Positions 38,740 through 49,955 of a stretch of DNA of 64,000 nt are shown here, piece after piece; positions within the stretch are counted from its first letter, which is position 1; each line of letters starts with the position of its first letter. Source of the stretch: Mobula hypostoma (taxonomy: Eukaryota); NCBI RefSeq assembly GCF_963921235.1, contig NC_086097.1, forward strand, positions 98,520,001-98,584,000, written 5' to 3'. The notes below the pieces were generated by a model that saw only the letters and a program-made list of their open reading frames with translations, ran no database searches and had not been told where the DNA came from. The translations under genes and the position numbers were made by a program.

Positions 38740-39210
38740 GTAGGCAGCCATCGATCTCAGAGTGTCTTGGGTTTGCACCTCTGGTGGACTGTGTCCTCTC
38801 CAGGGCACAAGCCTGGACGGGAAGATTTGAAGAACCGACTGTTGCCCATGCAGTGGGCTCCCCCTCTCCACGTCACTGATGTAGTCCTAGGGATGGGCAA
38901 GCGCAGATACAGTGTCATCACAAAGGTTGCCAGAGTGAAGTTGTAAACAACATCAAATTGCCTTAGGGACCCTGGTTCTGGATTTCTTCCTCAGGGTTTA
39001 CTCTCGAAGCATTTCCCATGGGTGGGTAAGCCGGTAAGGCTGCAAGGCAGCGGAGGTTTAAAATCAGATGTTTTCTTCTTCTAGGCGTGCTGCTGACCAA
39101 GGCTGATGAAGCAACTGGTTTTGAGGTGCCAATGTTCCGCCTTTGCCCCTTATCTTATCAGTAGAAACGGTACTGCCGGGCCTAGTAGCTAAGCCACACG
39201 TGAAGGCCAG
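38740..39210 (-). mobile_element. Unclassified retroposon-derived interspersed repeat
   Basis: GC-richer block in AT-rich intron resembling non-LTR UTR-derived elements; no coding motif recognised. Confidence 0.35.
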
Positions 39211-41309
39211 GTGGTTACAATAATTTTTAAGACGCATCCTAAAGGTAGAGAGATTTAGAAAAGGAAATCCAAAAGTATAGAAGCCAGGTAGCTGAAAGCA
39301 CAACTGCTTATCAGTGGGGTACTCTTTCCTTGCAAAAGGTTTATAAGTGATCGAAGTGGAAGACAACAGTGGTTTATAAACCTGGATGAGTCTGCACATT
39401 TTGAAGAGTTAAAAACATTAAGGGATCTGAAAACAAAGATGAGAATTTTAAAATTGAGTTGTTGAGGTAGCAAGTGCAAGTCAGTGGGCATCTTAAGGAG
39501 ATGATACAACAGATTCAAGTGAGGATATTAAATAAAAGCAGGAAATGCTGAAAACACAGGCAGCATCTATGGAAAGGGAAGAAATTAGTATTTAGTGTCA
39601 AACCCAAACAATAACTGTTTCTGCTTTCACACATGCCTGACCAGCTGAGTGTTCCCACTATGTGTATTTCTCAGATTTGCAGCATCTGCAAATCGTTTTG
39701 CTGAAGGTTTTTAATTGTTGATTTTTTAGAAAGATTTGAGTGCTTTCAGACAGAAAACACAATATTAGCACCTGAGTACAGTAATTGAGTATTGATCTTT
39801 TATGCAAGCACGCGAACAAGGCAATATTGCTGCAACTCCTGTTGGGCTTTGGTGAGACATTATCTGGAATATTGATTATACATTTGTCATGAGTTAGAGG
39901 AGCAGAGCTAAAGAGCAGAGGATTAGGGTAAATTGTTTTCTACCTAGTGGGTCATTGGAATCTGGAATCCCTAAGGAACTGATGGATGTAGTGACTCTAT
40001 CAACATTTAAGAAGTATCTGGATCAGCACCTGAAATGCCATGGAAAATGGGATTAAATATTGGTAAGAAGTCAACAATTGGCCAATGGTTTTGTCTCTGT
40101 GACTCCCTTGTGTAAGGAAAGACATACTTGCCTTGAGAGAGTATAGCATAGATTCATCAGATTGGATTCTGAGATGGGTAGGTTGTCCATAAAAGGATAT
40201 TTGAGTAGATCTGGAGTCAGATGGAGCAAATACCATGGGGAAACCTTGAATTAAACTGGAGGACTTTTGCCTCCCTAAGGAGTTTAGTCATTTGATATCT
40301 CTCCTGACCACCACCTTTGAATTTGACAATATTTGGGACATCTCAGGCAGATAGGTAATTTTTTAAGTTATTTTGGAGTGTTATGGGAATGAATGAAGAG
40401 AATGGAATTAAAGCCAAGAATTATATCAGCTTTAGTCTTATTTAATGGCATACTGCCCAATCCTGTTCTTGTTATTTTCTTATTATCTTATCTATAACAC
40501 TAGATACTATACAGAATATGGATAAAGTTGACAACCAGTACAGTGAAGCAGTGTCCAGCATGAGTGCATCTGATAGAAGAAACTGGTTATTCTGATATAA
40601 GGGTGTAGAATTTTAAGAATTGTTGGTTAATGTTCTAATGGAATGTGTAGAGCACTGTAAAATAAGACAAGATGCCTATTCATACCACTAATTTATATAA
40701 GATAGGCGTAAGCAGTGGGACTGTGTAGGCTGATTTGGTGCACAGTTCCAATGATGATTAGCATTCCACCTGAGTATTCTGGATCTCCTGTCAGTCTGGT
40801 AACAGTGGGATCACTAACGTTATAATGCTGTATACTGTCAGATATGCTTGCGAAATGAAGAAAATATTCCTGGGCTAATTATATGCTTTAATACTCAAGG
40901 GGCTGTGCCACTAATAATGTTTCTCAAGAGCCTGCTAAGTAAGTTAATTCACGCCAGCAATTTCCCCCTCATGGGCTTGCTTTTAATTATATTTATGTTA
41001 TCTACCCCCTTTCCCCACTCACCAAACCTCTACGTGCTGCGGAAAGCTTCACATTCTTGCCACGGTCCAGTATTGTGGGGCTAGATAATCTTCACTATTG
41101 AGCTTAAGGCTGAATGACTGTTGTACTCACTGAGATGCTTGTGTTAGTTTATTTAGGGCAACAGTACAGCCAATTGAAATGGCATTTCTCTAGCACCTGG
41201 TTTCAAATTTAAATCCTGCATCAAACCTTTGCACTTAACAGATAGTTTTCAATGGATATCGACCTCTTTCTGTAGTTTACGTTCAGGTTCTTTATCTTTC
41301 TTCCAACAG

Positions 41310-41382
41310 GACGGATATCTTTGTCTTCCTACTCAGCACCAGAGCTGGCGGCCTTGGCATCAATTTAACAGCTGCTGATACA
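41310..41382 (+). CDS. INO80: INO80 coding exon (helicase motif V)
   Basis: caacag|G acceptor, ACA|gtaagg donor; (R)[24 protein letters not shown]. Confidence 0.97.
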
Positions 41383-41864
41383 GTAAGGAATGGAATATTT
41401 TATATGCTTGATCGCCATTGAGTGAGCGTGGATGTTAAAATGTACAGCGACGGAGGTTTTGATTGTAACTCTTGAAATTTGAGTACTTTGAAGTATATTA
41501 AATCATTGATAGGGACCTCCTCTGGCTTCAGTCATCAGTCCGAATTTTCAAATCTTCCTAATACCTCATTTTTTCAATATTGAAAGCTTTGTTCTGCAAT
41601 TTCTATAATATTGAGCAACCTTAAACAGCCTTCCAATGTACAAAATTGTTTCTCAGTGATTATGAGTTGATGGTCTCTGCTGAGTCTAGAGGATGGCTAC
41701 ATGTATGATAACTGAAAATGCTTCTTTAGAGCTTTGTCCCTGGGCATCAAGCTGAACAGTTTTGTAGCTGAGCTGAGGGAACTTGATGTGTAATCTATGC
41801 CGGGCTTGTGTTTGTGGCACAGTGCAAGTTGCTGTGCTGGATTGCCCAGGAAAAGTTTGACCAT

Positions 41865-42195
41865 TAGACTAGAAGATATATAAGCAGTATTAGGCCATTT
41901 GACCTGTCCTTCTCTGCCTTTTTGTCATAGCTGATCTAATTTTCCTCTGCCCCAATCTCCTGCCTCCACTTCCACTGAACCCCCCCCCCCGTATCCCTTC
42001 ATGCCCTGATCAATCAAGAATCTACCAACCTCTGCCTTAAATATACTTAAATACTTGGCCTTCACAGCTGCCTGTGGCAACAAATTCCACAGATTCACCA
42101 CTCTCTGGCTAAAGAAACTCCTCCTCATCTCCATTCTGAAAGGATGCCCCTCTATTTGAAGCTGTGTCCTCTGGTCTTAGACACTCCCACATAGA
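41865..42195 (-). mobile_element. CR1 3' end
   Basis: ORF 41925-42134 EMRRSFFSQRVVNLWNLLP...GMKGYG. Confidence 0.8.
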
Positions 42196-42704
42196 AACAG
42201 TGTTTGAGAGATCTTTCTGTGTTAAAGCTTTACAGTGCCAGTGAATGGGGTTCATTTCCCTACTGCTGTCTGTAAGGAGTTTGTATGTTCTCGCTGTGAC
42301 TGCATGGGTTTCCTCTGGGTGCTTCAGTTGCTGTGCTTGTGCTGGAGGCAACACTTTTGGGCTGCTCCCAGCTCATCCTCAGATTGTACTGGTCAATGGC
42401 ACAAATTACGGATTCCACTGATAATTCTATGTAATGTGATGAAGCTAATCTTCATCTTCTTGAATCTCCATTTATTGCACTAGGATCTTGTTATTATACA
42501 GGATATTATGAATCAGGATGTTAGAAGCAGTCCATCACTGAGGAAAACAAAATGCTCTTGCCTTAATGATATGGTACATCATCATATGGGAAATCACATG
42601 TTCAGATCTCATGATATCGTTGAGGATAGGAGGTGGTTGAATAAAGTTAAGTAACTGGGGAAATTACTGATTAATGCTGATACAACACTTTATATTATTG
42701 CATT

Positions 42705-43840
42705 ATAGACCTATAACAGTGCAGCACAAATACTAATTACATTAGTAATCAAATGTCCAACTCAACTAATCCCTTCTGCCTACACAATGCCCATAGTCTT
42801 CTATTTTCGCACATTCATGTGCCTATCTAAGAGCCTCTTGAACACCTCTATTGAATTTGCCTCCGCTGCCACCTAGGCAGTGCAATCCAAGCACCCACCA
42901 CTGTGTATGTAAAACAAAACTTGCCTGCACATGTCCTTTGAACTTGCCCCCTTCTCACCTTAAATACATGCCTCTCTTATTAGACATTTCAAACCTGAGG
43001 GTAAAAAAGTTACTGACTATCTACTCTGTCTCTGTTGTTCATAAACTTCTATCAGATCTCCTCTCAGCCTCCACTGCTCCAGAAAAAAACAACTTAAGTT
43101 CATTCAATTTCTCCTTATAATATGTACCCTCTAATCCAACTAGCATCCTGGTAAACCTGTTCTGCATCCTTGCCAAACTGGCAACATCCTTCCTATAATG
43201 TGGTGACAGGACTGAATTCAATGTTCCAGATGCTGCCTAAATAGAGCTTTATTAAGCTGCAGCACAGCTTTTTGACTCTTGCGCTCAGTCCCTCATTTAA
43301 TAAATGCCTTCTTTACCACCCTTTTGACCTGTAGAGCCACTTTTGGGAAGCTTTGGACTTGGATCCCGAGATCCCGCTGCACATCTTGCCATTGATAGTG
43401 TACTCTATTTACAATTTGATATCCCTAAATCCAAAACTTCACATTTGCTAGTGTTAAACTCATCTACCATTCCTCTGCCTATATTTGCAGCTGATCTATG
43501 TCCCACTGTACCCTTTGCCAGATTTCTACACTATTCACAACACCACCAATCTTCGTTTCTCTGCAAACTTCCAAACCTATCCATCTACATTTTCATCCAG
43601 GTCATATATATATCACAAACTGCAGAGTACAGATCCCTGTAGAATACCATTAGTCACAGACCACAAGGCAGAATAACTCCCTTCAACCAGTAGTGTCCTC
43701 TGTCTTCTTGGGGTAAGGCAATACTGAATCCAAATGGCCAATTCATTGTTGATCCCATCCATCTTAATCTTCTGGATGAATATCCCATGAAGGACCTTGT
43801 CAAATACCTGTAGTCAATATGATCCATGTAGACAACATTG
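42705..43840 (-). mobile_element. Degenerate CR1
   Basis: SPHYRKDV...QNRFTRML in ORF 43039-43221; colinear CR1 nucleotide motifs. Confidence 0.7.
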
Positions 43841-43940
43841 CGTAACTGAATGCTCCTTTAAGAACTGCAGTTCCTTATTGCAAGGTGATTTGTGAAATTA
43901 TTGTGGTAGGTATCTTTTTTGAAGTTGACTTTCATTTCAG

Positions 43941-44099
43941 GTTATATTTTATGACAATGATTGGAATCCAACAGTGGATCAACAGGCTATGGATCGAGCT
44001 CATAGGCTGGGTCAGACCAAACAAGTAACTGTATATCGACTCATCTGCAAGGGAACGATTGAGGAACGAATCTTGCAGCGTGCAAAGGAAAAGAGTGAG
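43941..44099 (+). CDS. INO80: INO80 coding exon (helicase motif VI)
   Basis: tttcag|GTT acceptor, GAG|gtacag donor; [53 protein letters not shown]. Confidence 0.97.
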
Positions 44100-44221
44100 G
44101 TACAGTGACATACTAGCATGCACAGAAGATATTTATTAAGTCGTTTTGAGTTCTACAGTGTTGAAGTACTTGGAACACATTCATTCTAGAAAGACCGTGG
44201 CTAGAAAATATTGCTGTAAAT

Positions 44222-44294
44222 CAGGAGTTCCCAACCTGGGGCCCACAGACTTAATAGTATTGGGCCATGGCATAAAAAAAGTTGTGAACCCCTG
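44222..44294. mobile_element. 73-bp hAT MITE with 8-bp TSD
   Basis: CAGGAGTTCCCAAC...GTTGTGAACCCCTG flanked by ctgtaaat at 44214-44221 and 44295-44302. Confidence 0.8.
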
Positions 44295-44561
44295 CTGTAA
44301 ATCAACAATTACACTGAACACAAAGTACAACTGAGGTAAAAGAAGTGGGAACAAGTGTGAGCAATTGACTCCCTCAAACTTGCTGTACTATTCAAAATTA
44401 TTGTAGATCTTTTCACCACAATATTGTATTAAGGTATCCCTATGTATATCTCTTGATTACTTTAATATCAAGAAGTCTTTCAATGTTTTAAGTGCAATCA
44501 ATGAGTAGCTCCCACAGCATTCTGAGTAGAGAATTCCTGAGTGAAGATATTTCTTCATCTC

Positions 44562-45402
44562 AGATACAGATGCATGGAGTCGGAGGAAGTGTATTGGCAT
44601 GGATAGTAGATTGGTTAACCAATAGAAGGCAGAGAGTTGGTATAAATGGGTGTATCTCCAGTTGGCAGTCGGTAGTGAGTGGGGTGCCACAGGGGTCCGT
44701 GCTGGGCCCGTAGCTGTTTACCATTTACATTGATGATTTGGAAGAGGAGACTGAATGTGGCGTAGCAAAATTTGCCGATGACACTAAACTGAGTGGAAAA
44801 GCAAATTGTACAGAGGATGTGGAGAGTCTGCAGAGGGATATAGATAGGTTAAGTGAGTGGGCCAAGGTCTGACAGATAGAATACTATGTTGGTAAATGCA
44901 AGATCATCCACTTTGGAAAGAATAATAGAGGAGCAGATTATTATTTAAACGCTGTTGTGCAGAGGGACTTGGAAGTGCTTGTTCATGAATCACAATAATT
45001 TGACTTGCAGGTACATCAGGTTATTAAGAAGGCAAATGGAATGACTGTACTCTCTGGAATTCAGAAGAATGAGTGGGTATCTTATGGAGACATACAAAAT
45101 TTTGAAAGGGATAGATAAGATAGAAATAGGAAAGTTGGTTCCATTGGTAGGTGACACTAGAACTAGGGGACATTGCCTCAAGATTCAGGGGAGAAGATTT
45201 AGGATGGAGATGAGGAGAAACTTTTTCCCAGAGAGTGGTGAATCTGTGGAATTCTCTGCCCAGGGAAGCAGTTGAAACTTCTTCACTAAGTATATTTAAG
45301 ATACAGTTAGATAGATTTTTACATAGGGGAATTAAGGGTTATGGGGAAAAGGCAGGTAGATGGAGCTGAGTTTACGGACAGATCAGCCATGATCTTACTG
45401 AA
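44562..45402 (+). mobile_element. CR1 LINE 3' fragment with internal deletion
   Basis: WLTNRRQRVGING...GVPQGSVLGP; ETYKILKGID...RTRGHCLKI; typical CR1 3' UTR. Confidence 0.88.
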
Positions 45403-46329
45403 TGGCGGGGCAGGCTCGATGGGCCGGATGGCCTACTCCTGCTCCTATTTCTTATGTTCTTAAGTGATTTTCTTCATTTTGAGAATGTGTCCCACATTTA
45501 CTCTGTAATGTCCTCCTCAAATGATAGGTGCACTTTCCCAGAATCAGACAATTCAATCATCACTACACTCCCTCCATAGCAAATATATCCTTCCTTAATA
45601 AAGGAGATCAAATTTGTATATGATATTCAAGGCCCTGTATGTTGTCATGAGATGTAATCATGAGGGGCAACTTTCTTATCTTTCCAATTATCTGCAGAAT
45701 TAGGATGTTATCTTTTAGTGACATATACAGTACAAACATCAACATTTACCTATCTTTCATCCTGTCTGTATTGTTCAGTTTTATTTTTCCCCAACCAAAG
45801 TAGATAACCTCACGTTCTTCCCACATACTACTCTGTTTGCCATATTGTTGCTGCTCAGTTAGTTTGTTTATATCCTTGAAGCCTGTTTGCATCTACACCA
45901 TCATTTGCATTTATGACCTCAGTAAACTTGGAAAATGTTACATTTGAGCTCCTGGATTAAATCATTGTAAGTAGCTGAGCACAAGTACAGAGACAATGTG
46001 AGGTTGGTTGAAGTTTACTTTAAAATTATAGAAGAATACCATGACAGAATTCGGTATCTTAGTCCTCATATGAAATATGAGCAAATCCACAGATTTGGAA
46101 GGTCCTATATTTGTTGACAAGGTTAAGTCCAAGGGTAGCCTACAGTACTGGACTCATTAAATTGAATGGATTTGCTCCAGTGAAGTCTGTAAAGGGCCAA
46201 AAAAGAATTTCCATTTGGGTGAAAGTTTATGAAACAAGAGAAGGGTTTGTGCTGATGTGAGGTGCTGAATGAGAAGGATGTTAAGTGAATTTTTGGAGTT
46301 GTGTCTGTTATTTTCAGACTGTTACAGTT

Positions 46330-47455
46330 GACATTGGCTCATTCCACCATCCTACTCTCTGTGGCTCTTACACCATTTGAGTCTTTATTAAGACCATAAT
46401 ACATAGGAACAGAATTGGGCCATTTTGGCCCATTAAGTCTGCTCGCTTGATTATTTTCCCTTTTAACACTATTCTCGTGCCTTCTCTCCATAACCTTTAC
46501 CTCGCGGTTCTTGAACTCAGCTCCCCTACTAATGAAGGCCAACACACCACAGGATTTCTTAACCACCCCATCAAATTGCATGACAACTTTGAGGGATCTT
46601 TGGACATGGGGACTTTTTTTCTTCCCAAGGAAGGTAATGGGGATAATCCTGGATATCATGGACCAGTGATTTATCTGTCCTAATGTTTTTCAAAAGTTGC
46701 AGCACATTCCCTTTCTTAATGTTGACACTTTTCACCATATCAACCTGTTGTGTGCTTGTCTGCACATTCATCAAGGTCCTTCTCACTGATGAATACTGAA
46801 GTTAAAGTATTCATTAAGAACCTCCCCTACCTGCTCTGACTCCAGGCATGTTTCCTCTTTTATCCTCAATCAGTCCCACTCTCATCTAGTCATCCTTCTG
46901 TTTTTGTACATCGTAACTCTCTAGAGCCTTGTCTGAGCCTTGCTTCCTAAACCTCAGGTATGCTTCTTTCTTCCTCTTGACCAGATGTTCCACATCTCTT
47001 GCCAACAATCTCTTTCCCTACCTCAATGGGAGAAACCTATCCAGAACCATATGCAAGTGCTTCCTAAACAACCTCCACATTTCAGTTGTGTACATCTGTT
47101 TCAAATTTATGTTCTAAAGTTCCTGCCCAATAGCATCATAATTGGCCCTCCCCTCATTAAATACTTCCCATACTGTCTGCTCCTGTCCCTGTCCAAGACT
47201 GTGGTAAAGGTCCGGGAGTTATAGTCACTGTCTCCAAAATGCTCATCCACCAAGAGATCTATCACCTCCCCAGGTTCATTGCCTAGTACTAGATAAGTAT
47301 GGCCTCTCCTCTAGTTGGCCTGGCTTGTTTATGTACTGTGTCAGGAATCCTTCCTGGATGCACCTAACAAATTTTGCTCCATCTAAAACTTTTGCACAAT
47401 GGAGGTGCCAGTCAATATTAGGGAAGTTGAAGTCACCAATGACAACAACCCTCAG
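46330..47455 (-). mobile_element. Degenerate CR1 pieces (endonuclease and RT)
   Basis: ORF 47276-47470 VVVIGDFNFPNIDW...IQEGFLTQY. Confidence 0.65.
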
Positions 47456-48011
47456 TAAAGTTTCCTTCACTTGTTACAGTTTCTGCATTAGATGATCTAT
47501 AGCATATTGAAACTAATTATCCGGTATCCTCTAAGGCCTTGACAGGACTGCGATAACTCACTATGTATAATCATTATGTAAAATGCAACACCAAATAATG
47601 CAATTTCATGATCTGGTAGAAGCTGAGGGAAAAGGGAACAACTTGCTTTACTGAATCAGCTAGCCTCAATGAATGGATCCATAGTGTTTTTGGAAACATG
47701 CACATACACACATTGGTTATAGAGATGCAGCCCAAGATAGTTATCATTAGACAATTGATATTTCAATTACACCTCATTCCTCATTTGTGCACATTTTAAC
47801 AATGAACTTTACCTCAAAGCAGTCTTCTCTTCTCAGGAAGCAAATGTTCCAGGCTGACAGGAATGGCGCGCAGGTTCAAAGCTGCAGATTGCCTGGAGCT
47901 GAAGTTTGATCCTGTTGCATAACGATGATGCAAAGCAATTTGAGAATAAGCAGGGTCCCATCAGCCTTTAAAACTAGTCTGTAGTCATTTTAATATTTTC
48001 TTTATAAATAG

Positions 48012-48114
48012 ATTCAGCGAATGGTCATTTCTGGAGGAAACTTCAAACCAGACACACTTAAACCAAAAGAGGTGGTCAGCTTGTTGCTGGATGACGAGGA
48101 ACTGGAGAAGAAAT
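48012..48114 (+). CDS. INO80: INO80 coding exon
   Basis: aaatag|ATT acceptor, T|gtaaga donor; IQRMVISGGNFKPDTLKPKEVVSLLLDDEELEKK. Confidence 0.96.
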
Positions 48115-48329
48115 GTAAGAACTGCTACTTTGATTTGAATGCGTGTCTTTTTTTAAACCCATCACAGTCGTACTAGTCTCCCTTCCAGGTGGCACTGTTA
48201 TTTACTATCATTATGCTCCTGGAACAGTAGGCATCTTTTGTATCACATCCAAGTGGCATTCAAGCGTAAGCATTGGAAATAAGTGCTTACAGGTTGTTTG
48301 ATTATACGTCTCACAGCTAAATATAGGTA

Positions 48330-48982
48330 CAGTCATCCCTCGGTGTCCGCGGGGGATTGGTTCCAGGACCCTCCCCCCCCCGCAGATACCGAAATCCGCA
48401 GATGCTCATCCCTTATATAAAATGGCGTAGTATTTGTATATAACCTACGCACATCCTCCTGATTACTTTAAATCATCTCTAGATTACTTATAATACCTAA
48501 TACAACGTAAATGCTATGTAAATAGTTATACTGTATTGTTTAGAGAATAATGACAAGAAAAAAATGTCTACATGTTCAGTACAGACGCAACCATCGTAGC
48601 TCTTTTGGGAATGCTGATGCTGCCTCGGCCGATGCTGATTCTCCCGTGATCTTTAAGTTCTTGAGGCTGTAGCGCTTTACACAGCTAGCCAGCCATCCCT
48701 TACTAGCCTTAAACTCCTTCCTCTAGCTCACAACACAAGTAGCTAATGAATGAGACGTGAAGTGAACAATGCTCAAACAACGAGTGCTGGAGAGAGACTG
48801 AGGATCTGTGAAATGGTGGGAGGCTACAGCAGGGTATGCCTACACATCACTTCATTCGCGTAGATTCAGCGTTGTGCTCGGCGCGCGGCAAATTCAAGTT
48901 TTGCTTTTTGGAACCTTCTGGAATTTTTTTTGAATATTTACGATCCGCGGATGCAGAACCCACGGATATGGAGGACTGGCTG
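48330..48982. mobile_element. Tigger-family MITE, MER2/MER2B-like
   Basis: TA-CAGTCATCCCTCGGTGTCCGCGGGGGATTGGTTCCAGGACC...CCACGGATATGGAGGACTGGCTG-TA. Confidence 0.85.
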
Positions 48983-49955
48983 TATGTGTATACAGTATCT
49001 CACATTTAGACAATAATACACAAGTTCACATGGACCTCCTCTAACCATGTTGCAAGCACAGAATACAATAAATGTGGCCCCCCTACAACGGCAAGACCAA
49101 GTGTAGAACTACTTTCCTGAGCATCTGCATTCTGCCTGTGATGACCACCCTAACTCCCAGTCACATATCATTTCAATTTCCCTTCCCATTTCCATAGTGA
49201 CCTTTTCCACTGCCAGGGTGGTGCCAAATGTCAGCTAGAAAGAGCACCTTGTATTCTGCCTGTGTAATCTACAACCCAAAACGTTCTCTATCTAGGAGGG
49301 TTGTGGAGACTTGGTTGCTTAGATCACTTAGAATACAGGCAACCCCCACGTTACAAGGGTTGTGTTCCTAGAAATCAGCCTGTATCACCTGTATCATGAT
49401 TTTCTCTTTAACAGGGAGACATGTCATCTATGTATAAAGAAATGCTGGTTGAAAATTTGTGTTGGTTTATTAAATCAATGTAAATTCTGTGAGTGAATTC
49501 TGTTCTCTATCTCATTTGTGGATAGTGATTTGTGACTTCTATAAGGGCAGAATTCCACAACCCTTACAGGCGGGATTGTCTCTATATTCTTTGATGTTAA
49601 GGGGTGGGGTTATTGCAGGAAGACTGAGGGAAAAGATCAGCCACAATCTCATTGAATGGCTGTGTTTGCATGAAGGGCCAAATGACCCATTCCTGCTTCA
49701 ATTTCATTTGGTTCTAAATGGCTGATCATTTTTTCTCAAGGCCTACTAGTTTTAAAAATTCTAGCTTTTCAAAATCTTGTTTGTTTTCTTGAGAACACTT
49801 CAAAGGTTCATTAATTATCAAGGTATACAACTCTGAAATTTTTCTTCTCTGGGCAGCTATGAAACCAAGAAAGGAAAGAAAGGCAGCACAATCATCGACC
49901 CCCAAAATCCCCCTCCCCGCATAAAAATGAGGAAGATCAGGCAAAAAACATAATA

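Noticed and set aside
39190..39210. CPEB3-like L3 (GCC-UUCACGU-GU-GGC) on the minus strand
   Set aside because: No convincing P1, P1.1, P2 or J4/2 could be assigned around it.
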